A stretch of 64,000 nucleotides of DNA from the NCBI GenBank assembly GCA_963803435.1, contig CAWDML010000001.1:896001-960000 (forward strand), given 5' to 3'. The DNA is from an uncultured delta proteobacterium. Lineage in GTDB: Bacteria; Myxococcota; Kuafuiibacteriia; Kuafuiibacteriales; Kuafuiibacteriaceae. A program made the position numbers and the translations under genes. Every line of letters begins with the position of its first letter. Position 1 is the stretch's first letter. Below the pieces are notes generated by a model that was not told the origin of the DNA, made no database searches, and saw nothing but the letters and a program-made list of their open reading frames with translations. Below, piece by piece: positions 9,928 to 19,416 of this stretch.

Positions 9928-11456
9928 AGCTTCACCGTCAGGCGCTGGCCCGGGTGCAGCGTGATCCTCTTCGATCGGAGCAGCACCCGGGTCGTCGGGT
10001 GGAGCAGCGAGATCTCGTGCTCGCCCTCTTCGAGGCGATGATCGGCCACCGGGCTGACGCCGAGATCGGCGCCGTCGATGACGACGATGCCGAAGGGATC
10101 CGCACCGACGGTGACGAAGCCGACGCCTTTGGGCTCCGGAGGTGGGGCCTCGCGCTTCGGCGGCTCGGAGCGGCGGGGACGCGCGACGCGCTTCGCGATC
10201 GCAGGCGGGGGCGGAGGTGCGTCCCGCTCGGTCGGCCCGGTCGGGTCGGCGGGCTTGGCCGGAGGTGGCCGCACCTCTGCGGCCGGAGCGACCGGCTCGA
10301 TGATGATCGGGGCGGCCGGCGGCGGCTCGCCGTGCAACCCGATCAGCGAGAGCGCGATGGCGCCGCCGGTGACGAGCCCTGCCGCGAGGACCGCGGCGAG
10401 CCACCGACCGCGAGGCCGGCCCCGTCGATGAGCGGCGATCGGTGAGGTCGTCGCCTCGATCGGACGGACGCTCGATAGCGACTCCTCGACGAGCGTTCCC
10501 CCACGCCTTGCGGGTGTCGGAGGGGGCGCCGGCAATCCCGACAAGAGGGCACGAATCTGGACCTCGTGCGCCCTCCGCTCCTCCTCGAGCCGCTCCTCGG
10601 CGTAGTCCGCGAGCAGGGTCGCGGGCGCGCTCCTCACCGCCTCTTCGAGGGCCGTCGCCATCTCTCGACCGTCGGCGAATCGCTGGTCCGGATCGGAGGC
10701 GAGCGCGCGCATCACCAGGTGATCGAGCTCGGGCGGCACCTCAGGGTTGATCCGAGAAGGCGGCGCCAACGTGGGGCGGTCGAGAGTATCGACGTCGAAC
10801 AGCCTCCGTCCGGTCAACAGCTCGTAGAGCACGACGCCCGCCGCGTAGAGATCGGCGCGCCGATCGATCCGAGAGCCGTCGAGCTGCTCGGGTGCCAGGT
10901 ACGCGGCCTTTCCTTTGATCCGCCCGATCTCCGTCACGGGCGCCTCACGGTTGCGAACCAGCGCAACGCCGAAGTCGAGGATCTTGATTCGACCCTCGAA
11001 CGTCAGCACGAGGTTCTGCGGGCTGACATCGCGATGCACCAGGTGGAGCGGTCGTTCGTCGGCGCTCTTCAGCTCATGAGCCGCGTGCAGACCACGGCAG
11101 ACGTCGGCGACGATGCGCGCCGCCACCGACGCCGGCACCGGCCCCGGCTCGACCAGCTTGCTCAGCGGAGCTCCCGCGACGTACTCCATCGCCAGGTAGA
11201 GAAGGCCGTCGTCCTCGCCGAAGTCGTGCACCTGCACGATCGATGGATGATCCAGCCTCGCCATGATCCTGGCCTCGTCGAGGAACATCTTCCGGACATC
11301 GTCGCGACCGAACAGCTCTCTCTTGATGGTCTTGACGGCGACGAGCTTCTCGAAGCCGTGCGCACCGACCTTACGCCCCAGCAGCACTTCGCCCATCCCA
11401 CCCCGGCTCAGCTCGCTCAGGATCTGGATGCCTCCCAGACTTCGGCGCCGGCTCAT
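9924..11456 (-). CDS. Membrane Ser/Thr protein kinase with C-terminal PEGA-like domain
   Basis: GGMGEV, VAVK, HRDVSPQN, DFG, APE; TM helix; Pro-rich linker; PEGA-like tail. Confidence 0.93.
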   Translation of the reverse strand: MSRRRSLGGIQILSELSRGGMGEVLLGRKVGAHGFEKLVAVKTIKRELFGRDDVRKMFLDEARIMARLDHPSIVQVHDFGEDDGLLYLAMEYVAGAPLSKLVEPGPVPASVAARIVADVCRGLHAAHELKSADERPLHLVHRDVSPQNLVLTFEGRIKILDFGVALVRNREAPVTEIGRIKGKAAYLAPEQLDGSRIDRRADLYAAGVVLYELLTGRRLFDVDTLDRPTLAPPSRINPEVPPELDHLVMRALASDPDQRFADGREMATALEEAVRSAPATLLADYAEERLEEERRAHEVQIRALLSGLPAPPPTPARRGGTLVEESLSSVRPIEATTSPIAAHRRGRPRGRWLAAVLAAGLVTGGAIALSLIGLHGEPPPAAPIIIEPVAPAAEVRPPPAKPADPTGPTERDAPPPPPAIAKRVARPRRSEPPKREAPPPEPKGVGFVTVGADPFGIVVIDGADLGVSPVADHRLEEGEHEISLLHPTTRVLLRSKRITLHPGQRLTVKL

Positions 11457-11463
11457 GATGGGG

Positions 11464-12801
11464 TCACTTCTTTCTCAGCCCGTATCCGTCGAGGAGCGCG
11501 CGAAAGTGTGCTCGGGTCAGGCCAGCATATTCGGCAGCGCGGGTGAGATTCTCCTCCGAACGCGCATAGACGCCGGCGAGGTAGCGACGCTCGAAGTACG
11601 CGACCCAGCGCTCCTTCGCCTCCTTGAAGGGGAGCGATAGATCCACCAGGTCGATCGGCGTTTCCTGCGGCGGCTCCAGCCAGAGCTTCAGCTCCGTGAA
11701 CCGTGTGCCGGCCTGCGCCAGGATCGAGGAGCGCTCGAGGACGTTCCTGAGCTCACGCACGTTGCCGGCCCAGCGCGCGCTCGCGAGCGCGCGGAGATTC
11801 TCTCCTTCGATCGGTCCGGGCTCGCCCCCCCTGCCCTCGTAGAACGCGCGGACGAGGAGCGGCAGATCCTCCGCGCGCTCCCGGAGGGGAGGCAGCACCA
11901 GGTGAACGACCGCGAGGCGGTGGAACAGATCGAAGCGGAACCGCTTCTCCTCGACCATCGCGAGGAGATCGCGGTGCGTCGCTGCGATCACCCGAACGTC
12001 GACGGAGACCGGGCGATCGGCGCCGAGAGGCTGGACGGTCCTCGCCTCGAGCACGCGCAGGAGATGGGCCTGCCCCGCTGGCGACAGCTCTCCCACCTCG
12101 TCGAGGAACACGGTGCCGCTGCTCGCTTCGACGAATGCTCCCTTTCGGTCGGAGGTCGCGCCGGTGAACGCTCCGCTGAGATGACCGAAGAGCTGCGACT
12201 CGAGGAGCTGATCGGCGGCGGCGCTGCAGTCGACGACGACGAAGGGGCCGCCCGCCCGCGCCGAGTGATCGTGCACCGCGCGCGCGAGCACCTCCTTCCC
12301 GACGCCGCTCTCTCCCTGGACCAGCATGGTCGCGTCGGTCGGGCTGGCCAGCTCCAGCACGGCGAAGATCTCGCGCATCGCGAGGCTCTCACCGACGAGC
12401 CCGCCAAAGCGCGTCCGCTGGCTGGGGGCGACCAGCGGAGCGACCTCCTTCTGGATCTTGAGCACCGAGTCCCCGCACCGGATCGACGAGCCGGCGCCTG
12501 CCATCGCCTCGGTGATGCGGACGCCGTCCACCTGGGTACCGTTGGTGCTGCCGAGGTCGCGCACGGCGATCCCGCTGGGCACCGCGCGAATCTCGACGTG
12601 ACGGCGGGAGACCTTCTGATCCGTCAACGCGAGATCGCAGTCGTCGTGCGTGCCGACCAGCACGGCGCGGCTGCCGACCAGGATCCGCGCCCCCGCGTCG
12701 GGCCCCGTCTTCACCTCGAGCGAGTAGGATCGCGCGCTCGTGCGATCGCGGCTCAGCGAGGTCACCAGGCCCGCCTCCGGCACAGTCCCCGTCGAGGTCA
12801 C
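11464..12801 (-). CDS. FHA-domain sigma-54-dependent enhancer-binding protein (Fis family)
   Basis: FHA (VSRRH, DLGSTNGT), Walker A GESGVGKE, GAFTGA, FLDEVGE, WAGNVRELRN, C-terminal HTH; GTG 12801 lies 6 nt after TACAAT. Confidence 0.93.
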   Translation of the reverse strand: MTSTGTVPEAGLVTSLSRDRTSARSYSLEVKTGPDAGARILVGSRAVLVGTHDDCDLALTDQKVSRRHVEIRAVPSGIAVRDLGSTNGTQVDGVRITEAMAGAGSSIRCGDSVLKIQKEVAPLVAPSQRTRFGGLVGESLAMREIFAVLELASPTDATMLVQGESGVGKEVLARAVHDHSARAGGPFVVVDCSAAADQLLESQLFGHLSGAFTGATSDRKGAFVEASSGTVFLDEVGELSPAGQAHLLRVLEARTVQPLGADRPVSVDVRVIAATHRDLLAMVEEKRFRFDLFHRLAVVHLVLPPLRERAEDLPLLVRAFYEGRGGEPGPIEGENLRALASARWAGNVRELRNVLERSSILAQAGTRFTELKLWLEPPQETPIDLVDLSLPFKEAKERWVAYFERRYLAGVYARSEENLTRAAEYAGLTRAHFRALLDGYGLRKK

Positions 12802-12868
12802 CGGCGCATTGTAAGCGATCCGACCGCGCTCCTCGCGTGGTCGTGGTATGCAGACTACCTTGACGCCT

Positions 12869-13930
12869 GTGAAGCCCGCCTCGATCGACGGTGCCGCGGT
12901 GGTCCTGCCTTGCGCAGATCTCTCGGGGACGGTCGACTTCTTCACCGAGATGCTCGGGTTTCGGCTCGAGATGATCTCGCCGGCCGACGATCCTTCGGTG
13001 GCGGAGGTCGCTGGGTACGGACTGCGCGCCCGTCTGGTGCGCGGCGCGGAGGGGTCTCCGGGGGTGCTGCGGCTGTCCTGCTCGCGCAGGAGCGAGGCTC
13101 GGACCCTGCAGGCGCCCAACGGGACACGTATCGAGATCGTCGCCGAGCCGGCCCTCGAGCTGCCGCCGTTGCGACCTACGTTCGTCGTGAGCCGGATGCA
13201 GGACGCCCATTGGATCGAGGGACGCGCCGGCATGCGCTACCGGGACCTGATCCCGAATCGGCTGGGCGGGCGCTACATCGCGTCGCACATCCAGATCCCG
13301 GACGGCGGGCCGGTGCCCGACTACGTCCACCATCACCGCGTTCGCTTTCAGGCGATCCACGTCCACCGCGGCTGGGTCGAGGTGGTCTACCAGGATCAGG
13401 GGCCGCCGATCACGCTTCACCCTGGAGACTGCGTGCTGCAGCCCCCCGGCATCCGCCACCGCGTGGTGTCTTGCTCGCCGGGGCTCGAGGTGGTCGAGAT
13501 CGCATGCCCCGCCGCGCACTCCACCTTCGTGGACCACGAGCTCGCGCTCCCCACGCGGATCGCCGAGCGCGACTTCGAGGGTCAGCGCTTCGTTCATCAC
13601 GTCGCCGTGGCGGCTCCCTGGGTCGAGGCATCTTCCGGCGAGCTGCGGGATACCGGGATCGCGGCCGCCACCGGCGGCATCGCCGACATCCGCTCGCTCC
13701 GGCGCCCGGCCGCCGGACGCGTACAGCGCCACCAGGGAGAGCTGCTCCTAGGGTTCGTGTCGGCGGGGACCGTGACCATCGACTGCGAAGGTCACGGTCG
13801 AACCACGCTGCGTGCGGGTGACGCGATCGTGGTGCCGCCGGGCCCCGAGTACACGCTGCTCGAGCCGAGCGACGACCTCGAGCTGCTCGAGATCACCTCG
13901 CCCGCCGCCACCGGGCCGCAAAGCGATTGA
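12869..13930 (+). CDS. VOC-like + tandem cupin domain protein
   Basis: DYVHHH...LQPPGIRH cupin motifs, second cupin GDAIVVPPG; start GTG 12869 (alternative ATG 12848). Confidence 0.75.
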   Translation: MKPASIDGAAVVLPCADLSGTVDFFTEMLGFRLEMISPADDPSVAEVAGYGLRARLVRGAEGSPGVLRLSCSRRSEARTLQAPNGTRIEIVAEPALELPPLRPTFVVSRMQDAHWIEGRAGMRYRDLIPNRLGGRYIASHIQIPDGGPVPDYVHHHRVRFQAIHVHRGWVEVVYQDQGPPITLHPGDCVLQPPGIRHRVVSCSPGLEVVEIACPAAHSTFVDHELALPTRIAERDFEGQRFVHHVAVAAPWVEASSGELRDTGIAAATGGIADIRSLRRPAAGRVQRHQGELLLGFVSAGTVTIDCEGHGRTTLRAGDAIVVPPGPEYTLLEPSDDLELLEITSPAATGPQSD

Positions 13931-13960
13931 GCCTCACCTCGGTGGTGTCATGATCGACGC

Positions 13961-14211
13961 ATGATCAGGCGGCACAACCCCGCGGACGCCCGGAGGTATG
14001 GGCGAACGTGCAAGCGATCCTGCGCTCGGTGGGTTTGACCGTGAGCGACTTCCTCTCCGATCGCGCGTATCGGGAGGCGAACTCCAGGATTCGGAAGCGC
14101 GTCCTCGGGGACGCCCGACCTGCGCTCACCGTCATCATCGCAGAGATCTACAGCGAAGCCTGGCTCCTCGAGATCGAGGCCGTCGCCTTCGGTCCCGCGC
14201 ACCGTCCGTAG
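13961..14211 (+). pseudogene. RidA/YjgF family remnant with internal deletions
   Basis: MIRRHNP start, then NVQAILRSVGL...RPALTVIIAEIYSEAWLLEIEAVAF; central part missing and frame broken. Confidence 0.7.
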
Positions 14212-14262
14212 ACCCGTCGATACGACCGCGGGTCGACCTCCACGGCCGGCCCGACGTCCGGA

Positions 14263-14307
14263 TTCGTCCGGCGATGTCCGGCGCTCGAACGGACATCCGC
14301 GGACGAA
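14263..14307. promoter_or_regulatory. 18-bp-arm inverted repeat, candidate enhancer upstream of a sigma-54 promoter
   Basis: TTCGTCCGGCGATGTCCG-N9-CGGACATCCGCGGACGAA (16/18 paired), no U-tract. Confidence 0.5.
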
Positions 14308-14343
14308 CGCCGCTTCTTCGGCCCTGCGCCCCGCGATCGGCGT

Positions 14344-14359
14344 TGGCCCCGCGATTGCG
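14344..14359 (+). promoter_or_regulatory. sigma-54 promoter
   Basis: TGGCCC-CGCGA-TTGCG; -12 C is 14 nt before ATG 14372. Confidence 0.6.
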
Positions 14360-14371
14360 ATGCCCCCGCGC

Positions 14372-15322
14372 ATGAACGCCACCTTGCTCGACCGCCTTCG
14401 TCTCCCGCTGTGCACCGCCGCGCTGGCCGCCGGTTGCGGCGGTCCCGACCGGCTCACGCTCGCCGAGATCCCACAGACCGGGCCTTCGATCGAAGGCTTC
14501 ACCTGCGCCGCCGAGCCCTGCGAGGTGGTGCGGCTGGCCGACACCGGCGTGCTCCACGGCGCCGCCGCCGTCGCCGGCGACTTCGCGTACTACGTGGACG
14601 AGCGCGCTGGCGGGCTCTTTCGCGCGCCGCTCGCGGGCGACGCGCCCCCGGCCGTGATCCTCGAGGGCGCCCGCGGCCACGTCGTCAGCGACGGCGACAC
14701 CGTCCTCACCGTCATCCCTCCCCGGCTCGCGGTGATCGACGGGCCTACGGGCGATGCCCAGCCCTCCGACGTCGAGTGCGGCTATCGGCTCGGGATCGAC
14801 CGATCGAGCGTGTTCGTCGCCCAGGACGAGGACACGGTCGTCGAACGCCTGCCGCTCGACGGCGGCAATCCGGAGCCCGTAGGTGCCGGCCGCGCCCTTC
14901 GCCAGCTCATGGCCTCGGACCGCTGGATCTGCTGGGCAGGCGCGGGCCACACGGCGTGCGCCTCCGCCGAGGACGGGTCGCAGGCGACGTCGCTCGCTGG
15001 CGCCGACCAGCTGGTGAACGTCGACGACGCCTTCGTCTACTTCCTCGATCGGGACCACAACCTCCTCCGCGCGCCGCTCCCCGGCGGAACGAGCGAGATG
15101 GTCTTCCCCAGCACGGAGGGCCTCAACAGCGCCTACGCCTTCGGCGACGGGGCCCGCCTCTACTTTGCGCAGAGCGTCTCCTGGGGCGGCCGCCGGATCC
15201 TGCGGCTGAACAAGCACACCGGCGCGATCGATCTCCTCGGCTACACCGCCACCGGCTTGATCGCCGGCGGTGACGACCGCTATCTTCTGCTCGACGCGCC
15301 GCTCCGCAGGATCACCCGCTGA
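14372..15322 (+). CDS. Beta-propeller lipoprotein (DUF5050-like)
   Basis: LAAGC lipobox; repeated VDDAFVYF / LFRAPLAG / VERLPLDGG blades. Confidence 0.7.
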   Translation: MNATLLDRLRLPLCTAALAAGCGGPDRLTLAEIPQTGPSIEGFTCAAEPCEVVRLADTGVLHGAAAVAGDFAYYVDERAGGLFRAPLAGDAPPAVILEGARGHVVSDGDTVLTVIPPRLAVIDGPTGDAQPSDVECGYRLGIDRSSVFVAQDEDTVVERLPLDGGNPEPVGAGRALRQLMASDRWICWAGAGHTACASAEDGSQATSLAGADQLVNVDDAFVYFLDRDHNLLRAPLPGGTSEMVFPSTEGLNSAYAFGDGARLYFAQSVSWGGRRILRLNKHTGAIDLLGYTATGLIAGGDDRYLLLDAPLRRITR

Positions 15323-15525
15323 ACAGGTCCCCAACGTCGAAGCCGACGGGCAAGCGGACCACTCCTCCTCACGGTCTTTGGCGGCGGAGGCGCGAGGAGG
15401 TCATCCTCGGGCGGTGGGGCGCAGCAGATCGGGAGGATCCATGCGCCGCCCGGCGCCCAATCTCGCGGGCGGGTCACCGCGGCGGAACGCGCGATGCGAC
15501 CGCCAGACGTGGTAGCTTCGCGCCC

Positions 15526-16098
15526 ATGCCCGCGACCGCGCTCGATCCCCGGACCGCTCTCGTGGCCATCGACCTCCAGCGGGGGCTCGCGGCCTACCCC
15601 ACCGTGCACCCGTTCCGCGAGGTGGTGGAGAACACCCGGCTTCTGGCTGAGGCCTTTCGCCGCGCCCGGCTCCCGGTGGTGTTCGTGACCGTCAACTTCT
15701 CCGCCGACGGTCAGGACCGAGTCCTGACGCGCACTGAGATCCCGGCGCGCCCGGTGCCCACCGATCCAGAGGTGGCCCGGCTCGCCGCCGAGCTCGTCCC
15801 GCAGCCGACCGACCTCCTGATCACGAAGCGCAGCTGGAGCGCGTTCTACGGTACCGAGCTCGACCTCCAGCTCCGGCGCCGTCACATCACCGGCATCGTC
15901 CTCACCGGCGTGGCCACCAGCATCGGCGTTGACTCGACTGCGCGCGCCGCCTACGAGCGAGCGTACAACGTGACCTTCGCGTCGGACGCCATCACCGATC
16001 TGGATCCAGCGGCGCACGAGCTGGTGATGACGCGGATCTTCCCCCGCCTCGGCGAGGTCGACGTCACGGCCAACCTGCTGGCACTCCTGGCGCGCTGA
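15526..16098 (+). CDS. Isochorismatase-family cysteine hydrolase-like protein
   Basis: ALVAIDLQ, ITKRSWSAFYGTELD, GVATSIGVDSTAR. Confidence 0.9.
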   Translation: MPATALDPRTALVAIDLQRGLAAYPTVHPFREVVENTRLLAEAFRRARLPVVFVTVNFSADGQDRVLTRTEIPARPVPTDPEVARLAAELVPQPTDLLITKRSWSAFYGTELDLQLRRRHITGIVLTGVATSIGVDSTARAAYERAYNVTFASDAITDLDPAAHELVMTRIFPRLGEVDVTANLLALLAR

Positions 16099-16268
16099 CC
16101 CGTGCGCCCGGGCATGAGAACGCGACGGCGCGCAAAACACCCGGCGCCAGGCCTCCGGCTTGGGTATCGCCGCATCCGGGGCGTCCAGGGCCGCGGCCGC
16201 CCCGGTGAAGCCGCTCGAAGTTGGTCTTCCTGTCTCGCCCGCCTCTTCTGTATCGTCTCGTTGGGCCG

Positions 16269-17534
16269 ATGACCCCCATCCGAGAAATTTCGGCAGCTGC
16301 GCAGTTCGAGATCCTCGCGCCTCTGTCCGTCGGTGGTATGGGCCAGGTGTTCCTCGCTCGGCGGATCGGCGCTCACGGCTTTCAAAAGCTGATCGCGCTC
16401 AAGACCATCCGCCCCGATCTGCTCGAGCACGAAGAGATGAAGGCGATGTTCGTGGACGAGGCCCAACTCCTCGCTCGCCTCGATCATCCGGCCTTGGCTC
16501 AGGTCTACGACTTCGTGGAGCAGGGCCAGCCCTTTCTCGCGATGGAGTACGTCGCGGGCATTCCGCTCAACAAGCTCATACGCCAACGGAACGAGCGCCT
16601 CCCGCCTGCGATCGTCGCGAGGATCGCGATCGAGGTCTGCCGAGGGCTCCACGTGGCGCATGAGCTCACGGACCTCGAGGGCAAGCCGCTCGGCGTCGTC
16701 CATCGAGATATCAGCCCGCAGAACCTGATGCTGACGTTCGACGGCCGCATGAAGATTCTCGACTTCGGTGTGGCCTACATGCTCGATCGCCAGGCGGCGT
16801 CGACCCAGACGGGCATGTTCAAAGGAAAGCTCGCGTACATCGCTCCCGAGCAGATGACCGGAAAGAGAGCGGACCGCCGGAGTGACCTCTATTCGTTGGC
16901 CGTGGTCATGCACGAGCTGCTCACCGGACAACGGTTGTTCTCGAAGAAGAAAGACGGCAGCGCCGGTGTGGATCGTCGCGACAACGTGCCAAAGCCTTCG
17001 TCGATCGCTCCGTTCGCGATTCCCCCGGAGCTCGACGACATCGTCTTGAAGGGGCTGCAACCGAAGCCGAGGTCCCGCTACTCGGACGCCAGGGAGATGG
17101 CACAGGCCCTCGAGGACTACCTCCAGGTCGCCGGAGGCGAATCGCTGCCCTCGTTCGCGGAGCGCGAGCTCGCCCAGGACCGGGAGCGCCACCGTATCTG
17201 GCTGCAGGAGGTGGCGGACGGAAAGGCCGCTCCTTCAACGGCGGCGACCCAGCCGAATGACCCGCCGCCCCGAAAACCCCCACCGCTGCCTCCCCGGGAC
17301 GAGGGCAGCATCGAGATCCAGCTGAACGAATCGTCGCTCTTCGCTCCGCCGCCGACACGACGGAGCGGGCTGTTCCTCGCGCTGGCGATCGTCGTCGGGG
17401 CCTTCATCGTCGGTGCCTGGCTCCTCTTTCCAGCGGTGATGAACGAGAACACGAGACGGCTGGCGACCTGGGCGATCGACGGCGCGAAGAGCTTGCAACG
17501 CGATCTGTTCGGTGACGCTCGCGACGAAAAATGA
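16269..17534 (+). CDS. Membrane Ser/Thr protein kinase
   Basis: GGMGQV, IALK, HRDISPQN, DFG, APE; C-terminal TM helix. Confidence 0.93.
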   Translation: MTPIREISAAAQFEILAPLSVGGMGQVFLARRIGAHGFQKLIALKTIRPDLLEHEEMKAMFVDEAQLLARLDHPALAQVYDFVEQGQPFLAMEYVAGIPLNKLIRQRNERLPPAIVARIAIEVCRGLHVAHELTDLEGKPLGVVHRDISPQNLMLTFDGRMKILDFGVAYMLDRQAASTQTGMFKGKLAYIAPEQMTGKRADRRSDLYSLAVVMHELLTGQRLFSKKKDGSAGVDRRDNVPKPSSIAPFAIPPELDDIVLKGLQPKPRSRYSDAREMAQALEDYLQVAGGESLPSFAERELAQDRERHRIWLQEVADGKAAPSTAATQPNDPPPRKPPPLPPRDEGSIEIQLNESSLFAPPPTRRSGLFLALAIVVGAFIVGAWLLFPAVMNENTRRLATWAIDGAKSLQRDLFGDARDEK

Positions 17535-17606
17535 CCGGAGCGGAGGGCTACGCCCGCCGGAAGCGATAGCCCACGCCACTTTGCATCACCAACTTGGAGA
17601 CCGAGG

Positions 17607-18050
17607 TCATGGTGAGACTCCTTCACGATAGAGCGCGGCGCCGGCGAGCGACGCAGCGAGCGTCGTGATCAGCTGGATGGCCGCGACCTTCCACCACAGC
17701 GCATGGCTGTAGAAGCCGAGCGGGATGAACTGCGCCGGTCCGGAGACCGAGCAGACGAGCCAGATGACGAGCCCCGCCCACAGCGCCGTCTTCGGCCCCG
17801 CGCCGTAGCGCGCGCGCATCATCACGTAGAGGAAGACGGCGCCGAGACCGCGGCCCAGCTCATAGTCGAAGAACGAGATCAGCGCCGCGGCGTGCCCCCC
17901 CGGGTGAGGCGGCTGCGCCGTGAGGGCCTCGTACAAACGGGCCCAATCGGCGTGCAGCAGCTGCTCGTGCATGACGCCGTCGGTCGCGAAGCAGATCAGC
18001 GTCGCGACGACGCCTCCGACCAGGAGCCGGGTCCAGTCGACTCGCGTCAT
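17607..18050 (-). CDS. Hypothetical integral membrane protein (~4 TM)
   Basis: Hydrophobic helices, ARYGAGPKTA; 4 nt downstream of the VOC gene. Confidence 0.75.
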   Translation of the reverse strand: MTRVDWTRLLVGGVVATLICFATDGVMHEQLLHADWARLYEALTAQPPHPGGHAAALISFFDYELGRGLGAVFLYVMMRARYGAGPKTALWAGLVIWLVCSVSGPAQFIPLGFYSHALWWKVAAIQLITTLAASLAGAALYREGVSP

Positions 18051-18054
18051 ACGA

Positions 18055-18423
18055 CTAGCGCTTCGCAGCGGTGGTCTTAGTGTACTTCGGCTCGTACAGC
18101 TGGACCCTCACGCCCCCGGGCATCGTGAAGTGGGTGACGAAGCCGTAGCCGTGATCGGCGATGGCGTCATCGAACTTCACGCCGCGCGCCTCGAGCTCCT
18201 TCACGGTACCCTTCACGTCGTCGGTGAAGAACGAGATGTCGTGAGTGCCGCTCGACGACTCGTCGCCGTCCGTCGGGTGCACGCCGAGATCGCCCGCCGG
18301 GAAGTCGAAGATGAGCCAACCGCCGCCGGTGTCGGTGAACGGCAGCTGGAGCTTGTCCTTCAAGAACGCCCGCAGCTCCGCGGCCTTCGACGAATAGAAC
18401 ATTCCGTGGATACCTTTAATCAT
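18055..18423 (-). CDS. VOC/glyoxalase family protein
   Basis: RBS GGAGG; GGGWLIF, ELEARGV, PGGVRVQLYEP. Confidence 0.85.
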   Translation of the reverse strand: MIKGIHGMFYSSKAAELRAFLKDKLQLPFTDTGGGWLIFDFPAGDLGVHPTDGDESSSGTHDISFFTDDVKGTVKELEARGVKFDDAIADHGYGFVTHFTMPGGVRVQLYEPKYTKTTAAKR

Positions 18424-18477
18424 GTGTTCGACCTCCTTGGCCTACATCGCTTCCATTACGGGGCCGCCGGGCGTCCT

Positions 18478-19416
18478 TTAGTCGCCCGACCAAAAAAAGA
18501 TGGCGAGGCGAATCGCGAGATAGAGGGTGAGGACCGCCAGCAGCGGCCGATAGGGCTTGGAGACGCGGTTGAAACGCCCGAGCAGCGACTCGGGATAGGC
18601 GCTCACGCTGTCGCCCCCGAGGTAACGCCGGATGTCCTTCGCGAGCTCGTCCGCAGTCGGGTAACGGTCCGCCGGCGCCGCGGCGGTCGCGTGGGCGCAG
18701 ACGGCGAGCAACGAGGGCGCGGCGTCCTCCCCCGCGACGTGGGCCAGGAGTGTCCCGAGAGCATAGACATCGCTCCGCTGATCCGCCGCCTCTCCGCGCG
18801 CCTGCTCGGGCGCCATCCAGCTCGTCGTCCCCACGATCACGCCATGGCCGGTGATCTGCGGTGAGCTCGACGAGGGTGAGCTGCCGCGCGGGTCGAGCGA
18901 GCCGACCTCCTTCGCCACGCCCCAGTCCAACACCAGCGCCTCACCGTACTCGCCGACCATGATGTTCGCGGGCTTCAGGTCGCGGTGGATGACGCCGTGC
19001 GAGTGCGCGAACGCCACCGTTTCGCAGATGCGCGCGACCAGCTCGAGCGCGGTGGTGCGGCTCGGTCCGGTGGCAAGCCACGCGTCGAAGCGCTGCCCGC
19101 GCACGTGCTTCATGACGCAATAGGGCCGGCCGTCCGGCAGCACGCCGGCGTCGTAGACGGGGACGATGCCCGGGTGCTCGAGCCGCGCCAGGAAGCGCGC
19201 TTCGAGCAGCAGTCGCGCCGTGAGCTCTCCCGAGGGATCGGGAGCGACGAGGACCTTCATAGCGACTTGGCGGCCGAGCTCGGTGTCGTTCACGCGGTAC
19301 ACGGCGCCCATGCCACCGCGACCGATGGGCTCGACGAGCTCGTACTTCGTCCCCGAGAGGTCCGGATGGTCCGTGACCCGACGTAGATGCTCCAGCACAC
19401 GATCCGAGAGGCTCAT
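18478..19416 (-). CDS. Ser/Thr protein kinase coupled to an ECF sigma factor
   Basis: GRGGMGAV, VAMK, HRDLKPAN, DWG variant, APE; ATGA overlap with the sigma gene. Confidence 0.92.
   Translation of the reverse strand: MSLSDRVLEHLRRVTDHPDLSGTKYELVEPIGRGGMGAVYRVNDTELGRQVAMKVLVAPDPSGELTARLLLEARFLARLEHPGIVPVYDAGVLPDGRPYCVMKHVRGQRFDAWLATGPSRTTALELVARICETVAFAHSHGVIHRDLKPANIMVGEYGEALVLDWGVAKEVGSLDPRGSSPSSSSPQITGHGVIVGTTSWMAPEQARGEAADQRSDVYALGTLLAHVAGEDAAPSLLAVCAHATAAAPADRYPTADELAKDIRRYLGGDSVSAYPESLLGRFNRVSKPYRPLLAVLTLYLAIRLAIFFWSGD

Noticed and set aside
14263-14307. Inverted repeat as an intrinsic terminator
   Set aside because: No U-tract; position upstream of a sigma-54 motif fits an enhancer better
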